Assembly (NCBI GenBank): GCA_035573895.1
Contig: DATLZR010000105.1
Location: 4,779-68,778 of the forward strand
DNA from: Blastocatellia bacterium
GTDB lineage: Bacteria > Acidobacteriota > Blastocatellia > HR10
DNA: 64,000 nt
Reading direction: 5' to 3'
Position 1 is the first letter of the stretch; each line of letters starts with the position of its first letter. The notes beneath the pieces were generated by a model. It was not told where the DNA came from. It was given only the letters and a program-made list of their open reading frames with translations, and did not search any database. Below are positions 1-9,248 of this stretch, piece by piece. The translations under genes and the position numbers were made by a program.

Positions 1-423
1 GACGGAAATTTCAAATCCCGGCGGGAGTTTAATTCTGTCGAGCGGTAGATTCTGTGCCGGTGCAGAGGGATTTATCCCCGCTCCCGAACAGAAGACTGTC
101 ATACACAAGCCGAGCAGGATTGTGGTGCCCGCGCTCATGGATGTGTGCGAAAAGAAGGGCCGCGTGCGATTACGCTTCTCAATGCCTGAACACGGGCTCT
201 GACTCTTTCTCATCACCATTCCTCCCTCTTCAAACCTGATCGTCTCGCTCCGGTTGCCTCATGCGGTCGAACCGGGTTCGTTGAGACAAGGAGATTCTAG
301 GGAAGGCCCTCCCTCAGGTCAAACGCGCACGCCGGAGACCGGCGGGCGGTCTTCCCATCCACCGATGTCCCGTTTGCCAGGGAAGGGGACATCCGGGCCC
401 GAGCAGATGAACCCTCGCCGATC

Positions 424-1026
424 TCAACGTCTTCCTTGAGCCGCATTGCCGGACTCAATTTCCCGCTCGTCCGTCAGGGAGGCTACGTACATCTCCGGCT
501 CGGGATCAACCCCAAGGGCATCCGCGATACGGTTGATGTAATTGAAATAGGCGATGACCTGGACGGCGTCGAGGATATCACGATCACTTAGTCCCACACG
601 ACGGAGTCGGTCCAGATCAGCCGGCTGCATGGCGGATGGTGTCCGCGTCAGCTTTTCAGCAAATTCACAGAGAGCGCGCTGGCGTTCCGTGAGTGGTGCC
701 CGTCGGTAATCCCGTTTGACATGAGCGACGAGGTCCGCGTTGCCAGTTTCCTTACGGAGATCCTCCCCGTGCGCTTCGACTCAGTAGAAACAGTTATTGG
801 CCCAAGAGGTGACCACGGCCAGCAGCTCGCGTTCAGCTCGCGAAAGTTCTGACGGTCCGTACATCAGCGTGAGGTAGAGTTGCATTCCCGCACGTAAGGC
901 TGCCGGATTGAGACTCTGAACCTTGACGATATTGAATACCTTTCCCGCCCGTCGCCGGGCGGCGTCATATTCTCGTTGTAACAAGTTATCCGCTTCGTGC
1001 TCCTCGATGATCCGAATCCAGGCCAT
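424..1026 (-). CDS. AhpD/carboxymuconolactone-decarboxylase (CMD) family peroxidase-related protein. Candidate selenoprotein with in-frame TGA at 781-783 (Sec).
   Basis: ORFs 781..1026 and 424..630 are in the same frame and separated only by a TGA. The joined 200-aa product reads ...SWANNCFY[U]VEAHGEDL... The TGA falls at the second Cys of the AhpD CxxCxxxH active-site motif (M. tuberculosis AhpD C130-x-x-C133-x-x-x-H137), giving CxxUxxxH. Length (~200 aa) fits the CMD family. An AAGGAGGAG RBS lies just 5' of the ATG at 1024-1026. Confidence 0.6.
754..770 (-). promoter_or_regulatory. Candidate SECIS-like hairpin 11 nt downstream of the in-frame UGA
   Basis: The mRNA reads UGA-GUCGAAGCGC-ACGGGGAGGAUCUCCGU. 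A GC-rich hairpin (GGAG/CUCC core with AC/GU extension) starts 11 nt after the UGA. The position suits a bacterial SECIS, but the structure is small and not diagnostic. Confidence 0.3.
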
Positions 1027-1094
1027 TGCTCCTCCTTATAGATGACCCGAAGGCTGAAAATCCGTTCTCTGGCCCACTCGCCGGCAAGCGGGTA

Positions 1095-1796
1095 TTACCG
1101 GTTGGCATAGGGAAGAGGATCCGTCAATCCAGCTTCACTGAACCCCTTGAGACGGAACTGGCAGCTATCGCAACTGCCGCAGGCCAGGGGCCGCTCGTCT
1201 CGCCATACGGGATCGTAGCAGCTCCAGGTAAGAGAGTAATCCACGCCAAGGGTATGACCGAGTTGAATAATCTGTCCTTTGGTCAGCTCCAGCAGAGGAG
1301 CGTGAATACGGAAATGCGCTCTGCCTTCCACTCCCGCGCGGGTCGCCAGATTGGCCAGATGCTCAAAAGCACGCAAATACTCCGGGCGGCAATCGGGATA
1401 CCCGCTATAGTCAACGGCGTTGGCTCCGATGAAAATATCTTCTGCACCGAGGACCTCGGCCCAACCGAGCGCCAGTGCCAGAAAGATAGTATTTCGGGCG
1501 GGAACGTAGGTGATGGGGATGCCCTGGCTCAGTTGGTCGGACGGGCGCCCTTTGGGTACAGGAATGTCCGCTGTGAGTGCTGACCCTCCGATCTGTCGGA
1601 GATCTATTGTGAGGATAACGTGCTGCCGCGCTCCAAGATGCTCGGCGACAGCCCGCGCCCGCTCCAGTTCAAGCCCATGTCGTTGTCCGTAACGGAACGA
1701 GAGGGCGTAAACGTCGAACCCGTCACGGCGGGCAACGGCCAGTGTTGTCGTAGAGTCAATCCCTCCGCTGAGGAGCACGACCGCCTTTTTCCCCAT
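1095..1796 (-). CDS. queC: 7-cyano-7-deazaguanine synthase QueC
   Basis: N-terminus [18 protein letters not shown] (PP-loop). C-terminal zinc motif CGSCDSC. Length about 233 aa from the internal Met. The upstream 27 codons of the six-frame ORF are probably not translated. Confidence 0.85.
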   Translation of the reverse strand: MGKKAVVLLSGGIDSTTTLAVARRDGFDVYALSFRYGQRHGLELERARAVAEHLGARQHVILTIDLRQIGGSALTADIPVPKGRPSDQLSQGIPITYVPARNTIFLALALGWAEVLGAEDIFIGANAVDYSGYPDCRPEYLRAFEHLANLATRAGVEGRAHFRIHAPLLELTKGQIIQLGHTLGVDYSLTWSCYDPVWRDERPLACGSCDSCQFRLKGFSEAGLTDPLPYANR

Positions 1797-1915
1797 AGAG
1801 GCGACAGTATAACTCCGTGAGGGCCCGGTGGCCAGATTCCCTTTTTCTGGAATGCGCGAGATCGTTGCTCTGCTCATCGGGGGAGGCTATAATACGCGGC
1901 TTTTTCTCGGAGGCT

Positions 1916-2977
1916 ATGACGAAAGTAGCGGAGACGATGAAAGCGGCCGTTCTCTACGGTCGGCAGGACGTGCGAATCGAGCGAATTCCTCTGGCTCGTC
2001 TTTTGCCCGGCGAAGTGTTAGTGAAGATTGAAGCCGCCCTGACCTGCGGCACTGACGTGAAGGTTTATCGTCGAGGCTACCATGCCCGGATGATTCATCT
2101 TCCGTCAGTTTTCGGCCACGAGTTTGCGGGAACGATTGCAGCGGTTGGTGACGGTGTCCGGGAATTTACGTCTGGCATGAGAGTGGTAGCGGCGAACTCC
2201 GCCCCCTGTGGTCGGTGCTTCTACTGCCATCGCGGGGAGCATGCCGTCTGCGATGACCTCCTGTTTCTCAATGGGTCCTACGCCGAGTATATCACTATTC
2301 CCTCGCGGATCGTGGAAACCAACCTGTTACCGATACCCGATCACCTTTCTTATACCGCGGCTGCGATGGTGGAGCCTGTCGCCTGTGTTCTTCGTGGACT
2401 GGAGGAGAGTGACATTCGCCCTGGGGATACCGTCGCGGTTCTTGGATTGGGCCCGATTGGCCTTCTCTTCGTCGCTCTGGCAAAGTGGCGAGGCGCTCGT
2501 GTTCTCGCCTTCGGGAAACGCCGTTCGCGCTTATCCCTGGCCGAACACCTTGGAGCCGATGCCGTCTTTGACGTGGACCGGATTCCTCATGTTCCGTCTC
2601 AGGTTCGTGCCCTCACATCCGGTCGAGGGGCGGATCGCGTCATCGAGTGTGTGGGTCATCATCGAGCGTGGGAACTGGCTCTGGGATGCGCGCGAAAGGG
2701 AGCCATCGTCACACTCTTCGGCGGATGCGCGTCAGGAACAACCGTCACACTGGATACGCACCGGTTCCACTATGACCAGCTCACCATCAAGTCGCCCTTC
2801 CATCACACACCGAGGCACGTCCGCGAAGCCCTGCGACTGATCGCTGACGGAATCATCGTCCCCGACAGATGGATCTCTCATCATGCCCCACTCGATGATC
2901 TTCCCAGTGTAATGGCTCATCTGATACAGCCCAATGGGACACTGAAAGTCGCAATCTACCCGAACGGGACCCGATGA
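1916..2977 (+). CDS. Zn-dependent alcohol dehydrogenase family (threonine/sorbitol dehydrogenase-like MDR)
   Basis: Structural-Zn Cys cluster GHEFAG...CGRCFYCHRGEHAVC. Rossmann motif GLGPIGL. Start chosen at the ATG at 1916 after GGAGG; 1937 is an alternative start. Confidence 0.8.
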   Translation: MTKVAETMKAAVLYGRQDVRIERIPLARLLPGEVLVKIEAALTCGTDVKVYRRGYHARMIHLPSVFGHEFAGTIAAVGDGVREFTSGMRVVAANSAPCGRCFYCHRGEHAVCDDLLFLNGSYAEYITIPSRIVETNLLPIPDHLSYTAAAMVEPVACVLRGLEESDIRPGDTVAVLGLGPIGLLFVALAKWRGARVLAFGKRRSRLSLAEHLGADAVFDVDRIPHVPSQVRALTSGRGADRVIECVGHHRAWELALGCARKGAIVTLFGGCASGTTVTLDTHRFHYDQLTIKSPFHHTPRHVREALRLIADGIIVPDRWISHHAPLDDLPSVMAHLIQPNGTLKVAIYPNGTR

Positions 2978-3113
2978 AGGGCCCGGCCCGAACGAGAACC
3001 CTCTTCCCGAAGCAAGGAGTGATCCCCTTGTTCGATCGGGGTGGGGCGATCACCTTCATGAAGGGCCCCGGAACCTGATGATCCGACCAGAAAGCAGAGG
3101 CCCTTGGATCCGC

Positions 3114-4055
3114 TCATCTGAGCGTGTGAGGATGGAGGATTTCAGGCGGTAGGGCAAAGGAGACGTTTTCATCTTCGGCGGGGAGCTCTTCGATCTCGGT
3201 GGCACCAAGCGCTCGCAGATGGTCTACGACGCGAACCACGAGAGGTTCGGGGGCTGATGCTCCGGCAGTAACACCCACGACGGCCACCCCCTCCAGCCAG
3301 CGACCATCAATTTCCGATTCGTCGTTGATGACGTAAGCGGGTACACCCGCTGCCAGAGAGACTTCGCGCAATCGTTGGGAGTTGGAACTGTTGTGCGACC
3401 CGATGACGAGCACAAGATCAACGAGCTGACTGAGCTGTTTCACAGCATTTTGCCGATTTTGGGTAGCATAGCAGATGTCATCTTTGGGCGGGGACTGAAG
3501 AGCAGGAAATCGCCGACGGAGGGCGGCCACGATGTGAGCTGTATCATCGAGACTGAGCGTCGTCTGCGTGAGATAGGCGACCTTCTCGGGGGTTTCCACC
3601 TCTACGCGCTCGGCTTCCTCGACGGAGCTGACCAGTTGCATCGGCGCCTCCCCCATCGTTCCTTCGACTTCCTCATGACCGGGATGCCCGATGAGGATCA
3701 ACGAATAGCCTTCCCGGGCGAATCGAACAGCTTCCAGGTGGACCTTGGTCACCAGAGGGCACGTGGCATCAATGACCCGAAGACGGCGCTTCTCAGCCGC
3801 CGCGCGCACCTGGGGCGAAATCCCATGGGCGCTGAAGATGCAGGTCGCTCCTTCGGGAATCTCATTGACATCGTCAACAAAAATGACTCCTCGGCGACTG
3901 AGATCTTCAACGATATGACGGTTATGAACGATCTCGTGGAAGACATAAATGGGCAATGGAAAAAGTCGCAAGGCTCGCTCTACGATGTCAATAGCCCGCA
4001 CTACACCGGCGCAGAATCCTCGTGGTTTGGCTAAGATGACCTTCCGCAGCGCCAT
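3114..4055 (-). CDS. ispH: 4-hydroxy-3-methylbut-2-enyl diphosphate reductase IspH (LytB)
   Basis: MALRKVILAKPRGFCAGVVRAI... aligns residue-for-residue with the E. coli IspH N-terminus (MQILLANPRGFCAGV), and with ATCPLVTKVH and SHNSSNS motifs further on. Start set at the internal Met (4055) rather than the ORF start at 4127. Confidence 0.85.
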   Translation of the reverse strand: MALRKVILAKPRGFCAGVVRAIDIVERALRLFPLPIYVFHEIVHNRHIVEDLSRRGVIFVDDVNEIPEGATCIFSAHGISPQVRAAAEKRRLRVIDATCPLVTKVHLEAVRFAREGYSLILIGHPGHEEVEGTMGEAPMQLVSSVEEAERVEVETPEKVAYLTQTTLSLDDTAHIVAALRRRFPALQSPPKDDICYATQNRQNAVKQLSQLVDLVLVIGSHNSSNSQRLREVSLAAGVPAYVINDESEIDGRWLEGVAVVGVTAGASAPEPLVVRVVDHLRALGATEIEELPAEDENVSFALPPEILHPHTLR

Positions 4056-4234
4056 ATCTTTTCGCCGTTGAGTGTTCAAAACTACCATTTCTCGTTTGAC
4101 AGTGCAATTGTCTATGACAGCCTTCACTATCCCGGGCTATTCCCACAAAAGGAGCAATTACGCCACATCACCCCATTCAGAGCCTTATCGTTGTCGTATG
4201 TCTGACCATTGCAACGACGGCTGCGAGAGCGCCG

Positions 4235-4825
4235 ATGAAGGGCCAGGCCGCTCCCGATTGGACTTTCAACGCCACCATCATTGAGGCCTTTCGCTGCCCG
4301 ATGTTTTGCCACCGCTATTTTCACCCCCAAACCACCAGCTCACGCCCGCCGTGAGGATCATGGAGGTGTGTTGAAACATTACTGCCGGTTCAACAATGCC
4401 TTTCGGGTGAACGGGGACACTACGGCCCCGTCACACTGGACGGGCTCTGGGTTGCCGGTGAGCTCGGCGGCGATTTTTAAGCCGGACAGTTTGACTGGGC
4501 AGTGCTGATCCTCGACCGATCAACCACCAGGGAACAACGGGAGGCGGTTCAAAAGATCCTCGGTTACGTCTATCCGGTGAAATGGGATTCCTTCACGGTG
4601 GGTGCGGACGGAACGATGCGGAGTTATACGAAAGACAGCGTTGTCGCTGAACTCGATGGGGGAAAGACAGCAGAAGTTGTGCTGCGACGCCATCCTGGGA
4701 ATACGGTTCAACCGGAGGTCATTCACAATCTCTGTTATTGGGGCGTTCCCCGGAATGACGGGTTGTCGAGGCTTACCGCGTCGGACCGGAGGCTTACGAG
4801 TACCGTGGAACGAACGGATCCATGA
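4235..4825 (+). pseudogene. DUF1326-family ORF interrupted in one frame by an in-frame TGA (4352-4354) and TAA (4478-4480). Probable pseudogene, or recoded.
   Basis: The single-frame read MKGQAAPDWTFNATIIEAFRCPMFCHRYF...PP[TGA]GSWRCVETLLPVQQCLSGERGHYGPVTLDGLWVAGELGGDF[TAA]AGQFDWAVLILDRSTTREQREAVQKIL... resembles DUF1326 proteins (W..C...C N-terminal Cys motif, ...LDGL..., ...IID.RA...QR.AL..IL). A neighbouring frame also carries a CQFNAL-like string (HYCRFNNAFRVNGD). The six-frame track splits the region into 4072..4284, 4281..4508 and 4502..4825. Confidence 0.4.
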
Positions 4826-5102
4826 TCACTATTGACATCACGTCCAGAGATACGAGGTAGCCTCCCGGACGGGCCCCTCGGGCTGTGATGGTAAGAGAAA
4901 GTCACCCCTCGCAAATGTACGATTGGGCGGGAGGAAGCGCGTGTTTCCCACCGGTTATCCCTATCAAGAAATTCTCCCGGTGAACGATCTCCCGATCTCG
5001 TTCCTCTGTCTGTGACGCCTCGCGTCATGACTTTTTCCGCGAACGAAGTGCTATACTTACGATCTGCGCGGGAGATCATTCGCCGAAACAGGAGCGATAG
5101 AG

Positions 5103-5894
5103 ATGGGTAAACAGAGCAGAGCAGACGAGCGGGAATCCATAGCTGAAGGCCAGGGGCAGGACCCAGTGCAGGCGGGAGAGAAGGACAATCGCCTGAACAG
5201 TGCGCAGAGAGGAGAGGACAGTGGGGGAAACAGTTCCATTTGCGTCCTGACAAGCGGTGGCTTGGATAGCGGTGTCCTCGTGGCTGAAGCAACGACACAC
5301 TATGATGGCGTGTGGCCCGTTTTTGTCCGAAGCGGCCTCCGCTGGGAGGAGGTTGAGCTTTTCTGGTTGACGCGATTCCTTCAATCACTCTCAGCACCAG
5401 CGCTTCGACCGCTGAGAGTTCTCGATTTTCCTTTGACGGACATTTATGGTCAGCACTGGAGCACCGGCGGAGGAGGGGTTCCCGGTCGGGAGGCCCCGCT
5501 CGATTCGGTTTATTTGCCGGGTCGAAACATCATCCTGCTGGCGAAGGCGGCTGTGTTTTGCAGTCTCGCCGGGATCAAAGAAATTGCTATCGGTACACTT
5601 CGCGCCAATCCCTTTCCCGACGCCAGCGCGGAGTTTTTCCGTCGCATCGGAGAGGTCTTCAGCGAGGGACTCGCCTACCCCGTTCGCGTTTGTGCGCCTT
5701 ATCATTCGCTGTCCAAGGCGGAAGTCATTCGTCTTGGAGCACGGTGGCCGCTGGAGCTGACGTTCTCCTGCATTTCACCCGAGGGGAATCATCATTGCGG
5801 GCTATGCAGCAAATGTGCCGAACGACATCAGGCATTCGTTGATGCTGGCATCCCTGACCCGACCCTTTATGCGACGAACTTTCCCTCCTCGTGA
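5103..5894 (+). CDS. QueC-like PP-loop ATPase paralog (7-cyano-7-deazaguanine synthase-like) with a disordered N-terminal extension
   Basis: ICVLTSGGLDSGVL PP-loop and a C-terminal Cys cluster (C..P....HHCGLCSKCAERH) parallel QueC, but the sequence is divergent from the canonical queC at 1095..1796. There are ~45 low-complexity residues (Q/E/G/R-rich) before the PP-loop. No in-frame ATG lies closer, so the true start is uncertain. Confidence 0.6.
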   Translation: MGKQSRADERESIAEGQGQDPVQAGEKDNRLNSAQRGEDSGGNSSICVLTSGGLDSGVLVAEATTHYDGVWPVFVRSGLRWEEVELFWLTRFLQSLSAPALRPLRVLDFPLTDIYGQHWSTGGGGVPGREAPLDSVYLPGRNIILLAKAAVFCSLAGIKEIAIGTLRANPFPDASAEFFRRIGEVFSEGLAYPVRVCAPYHSLSKAEVIRLGARWPLELTFSCISPEGNHHCGLCSKCAERHQAFVDAGIPDPTLYATNFPSS

Positions 5895-5929
5895 AGGCGC
5901 ATCCGGCTTGATCCCCCAGATGTCATTCT

Positions 5930-7000
5930 CTAGGCCTGATAGCGTCGGTGCCATTCGGGCCCGTGATCACGCAGCCGAATATCCCGTTTACTGCCGTAGC
6001 GACGGTGGGCGAACCAGGGGCGAGCCTGTTGAACGATCTCGATCAGCCGCTGGAAGTTGGAACGGGCGTCGGACCGGAGGGCTTCCACGAGTTTCGTCTC
6101 GTCCGGATATCGGGCCACAGCATCCTTCCAGATCGCGCGCCCGGCGAGGAAACCACTGGCACCGGCTTCTACTGCCAGCCTGGTGTTTTCGATGAACTCC
6201 TCAATGTCAACGCCGGCGCTGAGGATGACCCAGGGGACCTCGGCGGCCTGATCGAGCATCCGACAATACTCTTTCACCTGCTCCAGGTCGTACACCGGGG
6301 GCGAATCTTTCTTTCCGAAGGGCGAGGATTGAAATTCGCGGCAGTATTTTAAGTTGGCCGGAAATTCCAGTTTGAGGATGTCCACCCGATATTCCGGTCG
6401 AGAGAACTCACGGGCACTCCGGATAACGAGATCCGGCTTCGCTCGGGCATAGTCTGGGGTGCCCGTACCCGACCCATCCAGAGCGTAGGCCACCAGCTCA
6501 AGGACGAAGGCGATATCGTGTTGGGCACATTCCTCGCCCACGCGGCGTACGAGGTCCTGCTGATGACGGCGGGCTGCTTCATCCCCATCAGGGTGGTAAT
6601 AGAGCAACAGTTTGACGGCATCGGCGCCTGCTGCCCGCGCTTTAGCCACGGACCAGCCCTCGATGAGCCGGGTATAGCGGTTTCCGTTAATCGTGTCGTA
6701 CTTCGTCTCCTCATAGGTCAAAAGAAGTCCCGGCCCGCGGGGAATGTCATGAATCGAGTAGGGGTATCCATACACCGGGTCTGTGAGCACAGCCGATGCC
6801 AGGGGGGCGAGTTCTCGCGTCACGAGCTGCTTGACGCGAGCAACCTCATCGAAGGTAATCTGCTCCTTTGGGCGTCCCGATGATTTCGCGAGAGAATCAA
6901 TGAGCGATCCCCGTTGATCAATGGCCATCATCGTGAAGCGACCAGCTTCGTCGGCCAGCCGCGTGAGGCCGCGCAATTTTCCCGCCGAAAGTTCCGCCAT
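5930..7000 (-). CDS. Tagatose-1,6-bisphosphate aldolase (LacD)-like / DUF2090 class I aldolase family protein
   Basis: 356-aa ORF. N-terminal MMAIDQRGSL motif is typical of the LacD/aldolase family. No antisense competitor of comparable quality. Confidence 0.55.
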   Translation of the reverse strand: MAELSAGKLRGLTRLADEAGRFTMMAIDQRGSLIDSLAKSSGRPKEQITFDEVARVKQLVTRELAPLASAVLTDPVYGYPYSIHDIPRGPGLLLTYEETKYDTINGNRYTRLIEGWSVAKARAAGADAVKLLLYYHPDGDEAARRHQQDLVRRVGEECAQHDIAFVLELVAYALDGSGTGTPDYARAKPDLVIRSAREFSRPEYRVDILKLEFPANLKYCREFQSSPFGKKDSPPVYDLEQVKEYCRMLDQAAEVPWVILSAGVDIEEFIENTRLAVEAGASGFLAGRAIWKDAVARYPDETKLVEALRSDARSNFQRLIEIVQQARPWFAHRRYGSKRDIRLRDHGPEWHRRYQA

Positions 7001-7343
7001 GTCCGACCTCCTCTTCGTCTATCTTGCCCTGACCGTAGGCGAACCATTCTAACCGATAATCGGTACGCATTGCCAGAACCGGTAAGGCTCTCTTTCTCAT
7101 GTCTGAGGACAGAGCGTGAAAACCAAGCGCTCTTTGTTTCCGTCCGCGAGAAAGCTAGATCTGACCCTGACGGGAGGGAGAATGATTTCTCTCAGACTGC
7201 CGTGAATTTTGCCTCCGGATCCTGTGCCTCGAACGGCGTTCGGGGGCCAAGATAGGTGTGCGGTGTCAGCTCACGGCCTTCCGAAGTGATTGCTTGCACG
7301 GGTGGGGATTTTCGTTGAAAATTTGTCAGGCGGAGAGAGAGTT

Positions 7344-8003
7344 ATGGTCGAAACAGGAGAACGCGCGGTGATTCTTGAGAGCCATCCCGTAGGGCCGCTG
7401 ATGATGAACACTTACGTCCTGGGCTGCCCGGTGACACGAGAAGCTGTGATCGTTGATCCCGGGTATGAAGCGGATGTGATCCTGGGGATGTTGAAGAAGC
7501 ATCACCTCCGGCCCGTTCATATCCTCTGTACGCACGGCCATCTCGATCACGTCGGCGCGGTTGCGGAAGTGAAAGCGGCGACGGGGGCGCCCGTTGCTCT
7601 TCATCCGAACGATTTATTTCTCTATGAGCGGGCGACCGAGTGGGCTCCTCTTTTCGGAATGCGCGTGACGCCGCCTCCGCCTCCCGATCGCTTCCTCGCC
7701 GAAGGAGATGAAATTCGTTTCGGTCAGTTCTCTCTTCGTGCTATTCACACACCGGGCCACACGCCGGGCGGGATGTCCTATTTGATCGGCACATGGGTGT
7801 TTGTCGGCGACACTTTATTTGCCGGTTCGGTGGGACGCACCGATTTGCCCGGCGGTTCTTGGACGGACTTGATCCGCTCGATCAAAGAAAAACTCTTTCC
7901 CCTCGGCGATAGCACCATCGTCTATAGCGGTCACGGCCCGGTGACGACCATCGGCCGGGAGAGACGAACCAATCCATTTCTTCAAGGGGGAGATTATGAT
8001 TGA
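7344..8003 (+). CDS. MBL-fold metallo-hydrolase (hydroxyacylglutathione hydrolase-like)
   Basis: THGHLDHVG and HTPGHTPGG metal-binding motifs. A GGAGAGAGAG RBS lies just upstream of the ATG at 7344. The 3' end overlaps the next gene by 8 nt. Confidence 0.75.
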   Translation: MVETGERAVILESHPVGPLMMNTYVLGCPVTREAVIVDPGYEADVILGMLKKHHLRPVHILCTHGHLDHVGAVAEVKAATGAPVALHPNDLFLYERATEWAPLFGMRVTPPPPPDRFLAEGDEIRFGQFSLRAIHTPGHTPGGMSYLIGTWVFVGDTLFAGSVGRTDLPGGSWTDLIRSIKEKLFPLGDSTIVYSGHGPVTTIGRERRTNPFLQGGDYD

Positions 8004-9204
8004 CTTTCAGCTCACCGAAGATCACCTCGCAGTCGAGAAGATGGTGCGCGAATTCGCCCAAAAGGAGATCGCACCGCGCATCAAAGAACTCGATGAAAAG
8101 GGGGAGACCGATCCCTCGATTCTGCGTAAGATGGGCGAACTGGGCATTCTCGGAATCTGCATTCCGGAGGAGTACGGAGGAGCCGGATTTGATTACATCT
8201 CGCTTGGACTGGCCTGCGAGGAGTTGGAGTACGTGGATACGGCCTTTCGCGTCCCCATGTCGGTTCATGTCGGACTGAATTCGCTCACGCTACTCACATG
8301 GGGAACAGAGGAGCAAAAGCGACGCTATCTTGTTCCCCAGGCGCGGGGAGAAAAGCTGGCCACATACGCCTTGACCGAACCCAACGCCGGTTCGGATGCC
8401 GTTGGCATCCAGACGACGGCCATCCGGGATGGGGACGATTATATTCTCAACGGTGAGAAAGTATGGATCAGCCTGGCCGATCTGGCCGACCATTTTCTTG
8501 TGATCGCCTGGACTGACCTGGAGAAGAAGAAGGTTCGGGATCACACGGGAATCTCCGCTTTCATCGTCGAGCGCGGAATGGCAGGAGTCACAACGGGCAC
8601 CATTCACGGCAAGCTCGGCATTCGCGCGGGGAATACCGGCTGGATCTCGTTTCAGGACGTGCGGGTGCCGAAGGAAAACCGGCTCGGCGAGGAAGGCGAA
8701 GGGTTCAAGATCGCCATGTTTGCTCTCGATCAGGGACGTTACACTGTCGCTGCTGGGGCGACCGGATTGATTCGCGCCTGTCGAGATGCCTCGGTTCAGT
8801 ACGCGCTGCAGCGGCGCACCTTTGGCCGTCTCATCGGTGAGCACCAACTCATCAAAGAGATGATCGCCGAGATGGAGGCCGACTACAATGCCTGTCGCTT
8901 GCTCTGGCTGCGGGCCGGTTGGATGAAGAACGTCGGACTCCGGAACACAAAGGAAACCTCATTGGCCAAGTGGGTGGCCACCGTCGCCTCGGAACGCGCG
9001 GCCTCCAATGCCGTGCAAATCTTCGGGGCCTACGGCTACTCCAACGAGTATCCAGTCGAACGCTTCTATCGCAATTGCAAGGGGGCCGTGATTTACGAGG
9101 GAACCCGCGAGATCCACAAATTGATCCAGGCTGACTATCTGCTGGGTTTCCGCAGCGATAAGCCGCTCCGTTGTTCTTTGCCGAAATGGGAGCCGAAGAA
9201 GTGA
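7996..9204 (+). CDS. Acyl-CoA dehydrogenase
   Basis: 402 aa. N-terminus MIDFQLTEDHLAVEKMVREFAQKEIAP, then ...YALTEPNAGSD... and ...IYEGTREIH... signatures typical of ACADs. GGGGAG RBS. Confidence 0.85.
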   Translation: MIDFQLTEDHLAVEKMVREFAQKEIAPRIKELDEKGETDPSILRKMGELGILGICIPEEYGGAGFDYISLGLACEELEYVDTAFRVPMSVHVGLNSLTLLTWGTEEQKRRYLVPQARGEKLATYALTEPNAGSDAVGIQTTAIRDGDDYILNGEKVWISLADLADHFLVIAWTDLEKKKVRDHTGISAFIVERGMAGVTTGTIHGKLGIRAGNTGWISFQDVRVPKENRLGEEGEGFKIAMFALDQGRYTVAAGATGLIRACRDASVQYALQRRTFGRLIGEHQLIKEMIAEMEADYNACRLLWLRAGWMKNVGLRNTKETSLAKWVATVASERAASNAVQIFGAYGYSNEYPVERFYRNCKGAVIYEGTREIHKLIQADYLLGFRSDKPLRCSLPKWEPKK

Positions 9205-9248
9205 ACCGATCGCTGCCTGCTCATGGGTCAGATCTCGGGCAACGAGAT

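Noticed and set aside
38-57. ops-like string GAGCGGTAGATTCTG (core CGGTAG of the RfaH ops element GGCGGTAGnnTG) near the window start
   Set aside because: It is an 8/12 match only and sits >24 kb from the glycan locus and its NusG paralog. It is not in a leader of any long operon in view, so it is most likely chance.
1-423. Apparently non-coding 423 nt at the window start (two 61-aa six-frame ORFs; hairpin 364-392)
   Set aside because: The ORF translations are junk-like. No tRNA/tRNA-Sec, riboswitch or repeat structure could be supported by eye. It may be the 3' region of a gene outside the window.
4735-5397. 220-aa minus-strand ORF (and nested 5076..5384, 5057..5239) overlapping the QueC-like paralog start and upstream spacer
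   Set aside because: R/S/P-rich junk-like composition. It is opposite a gene with clear PP-loop motifs.
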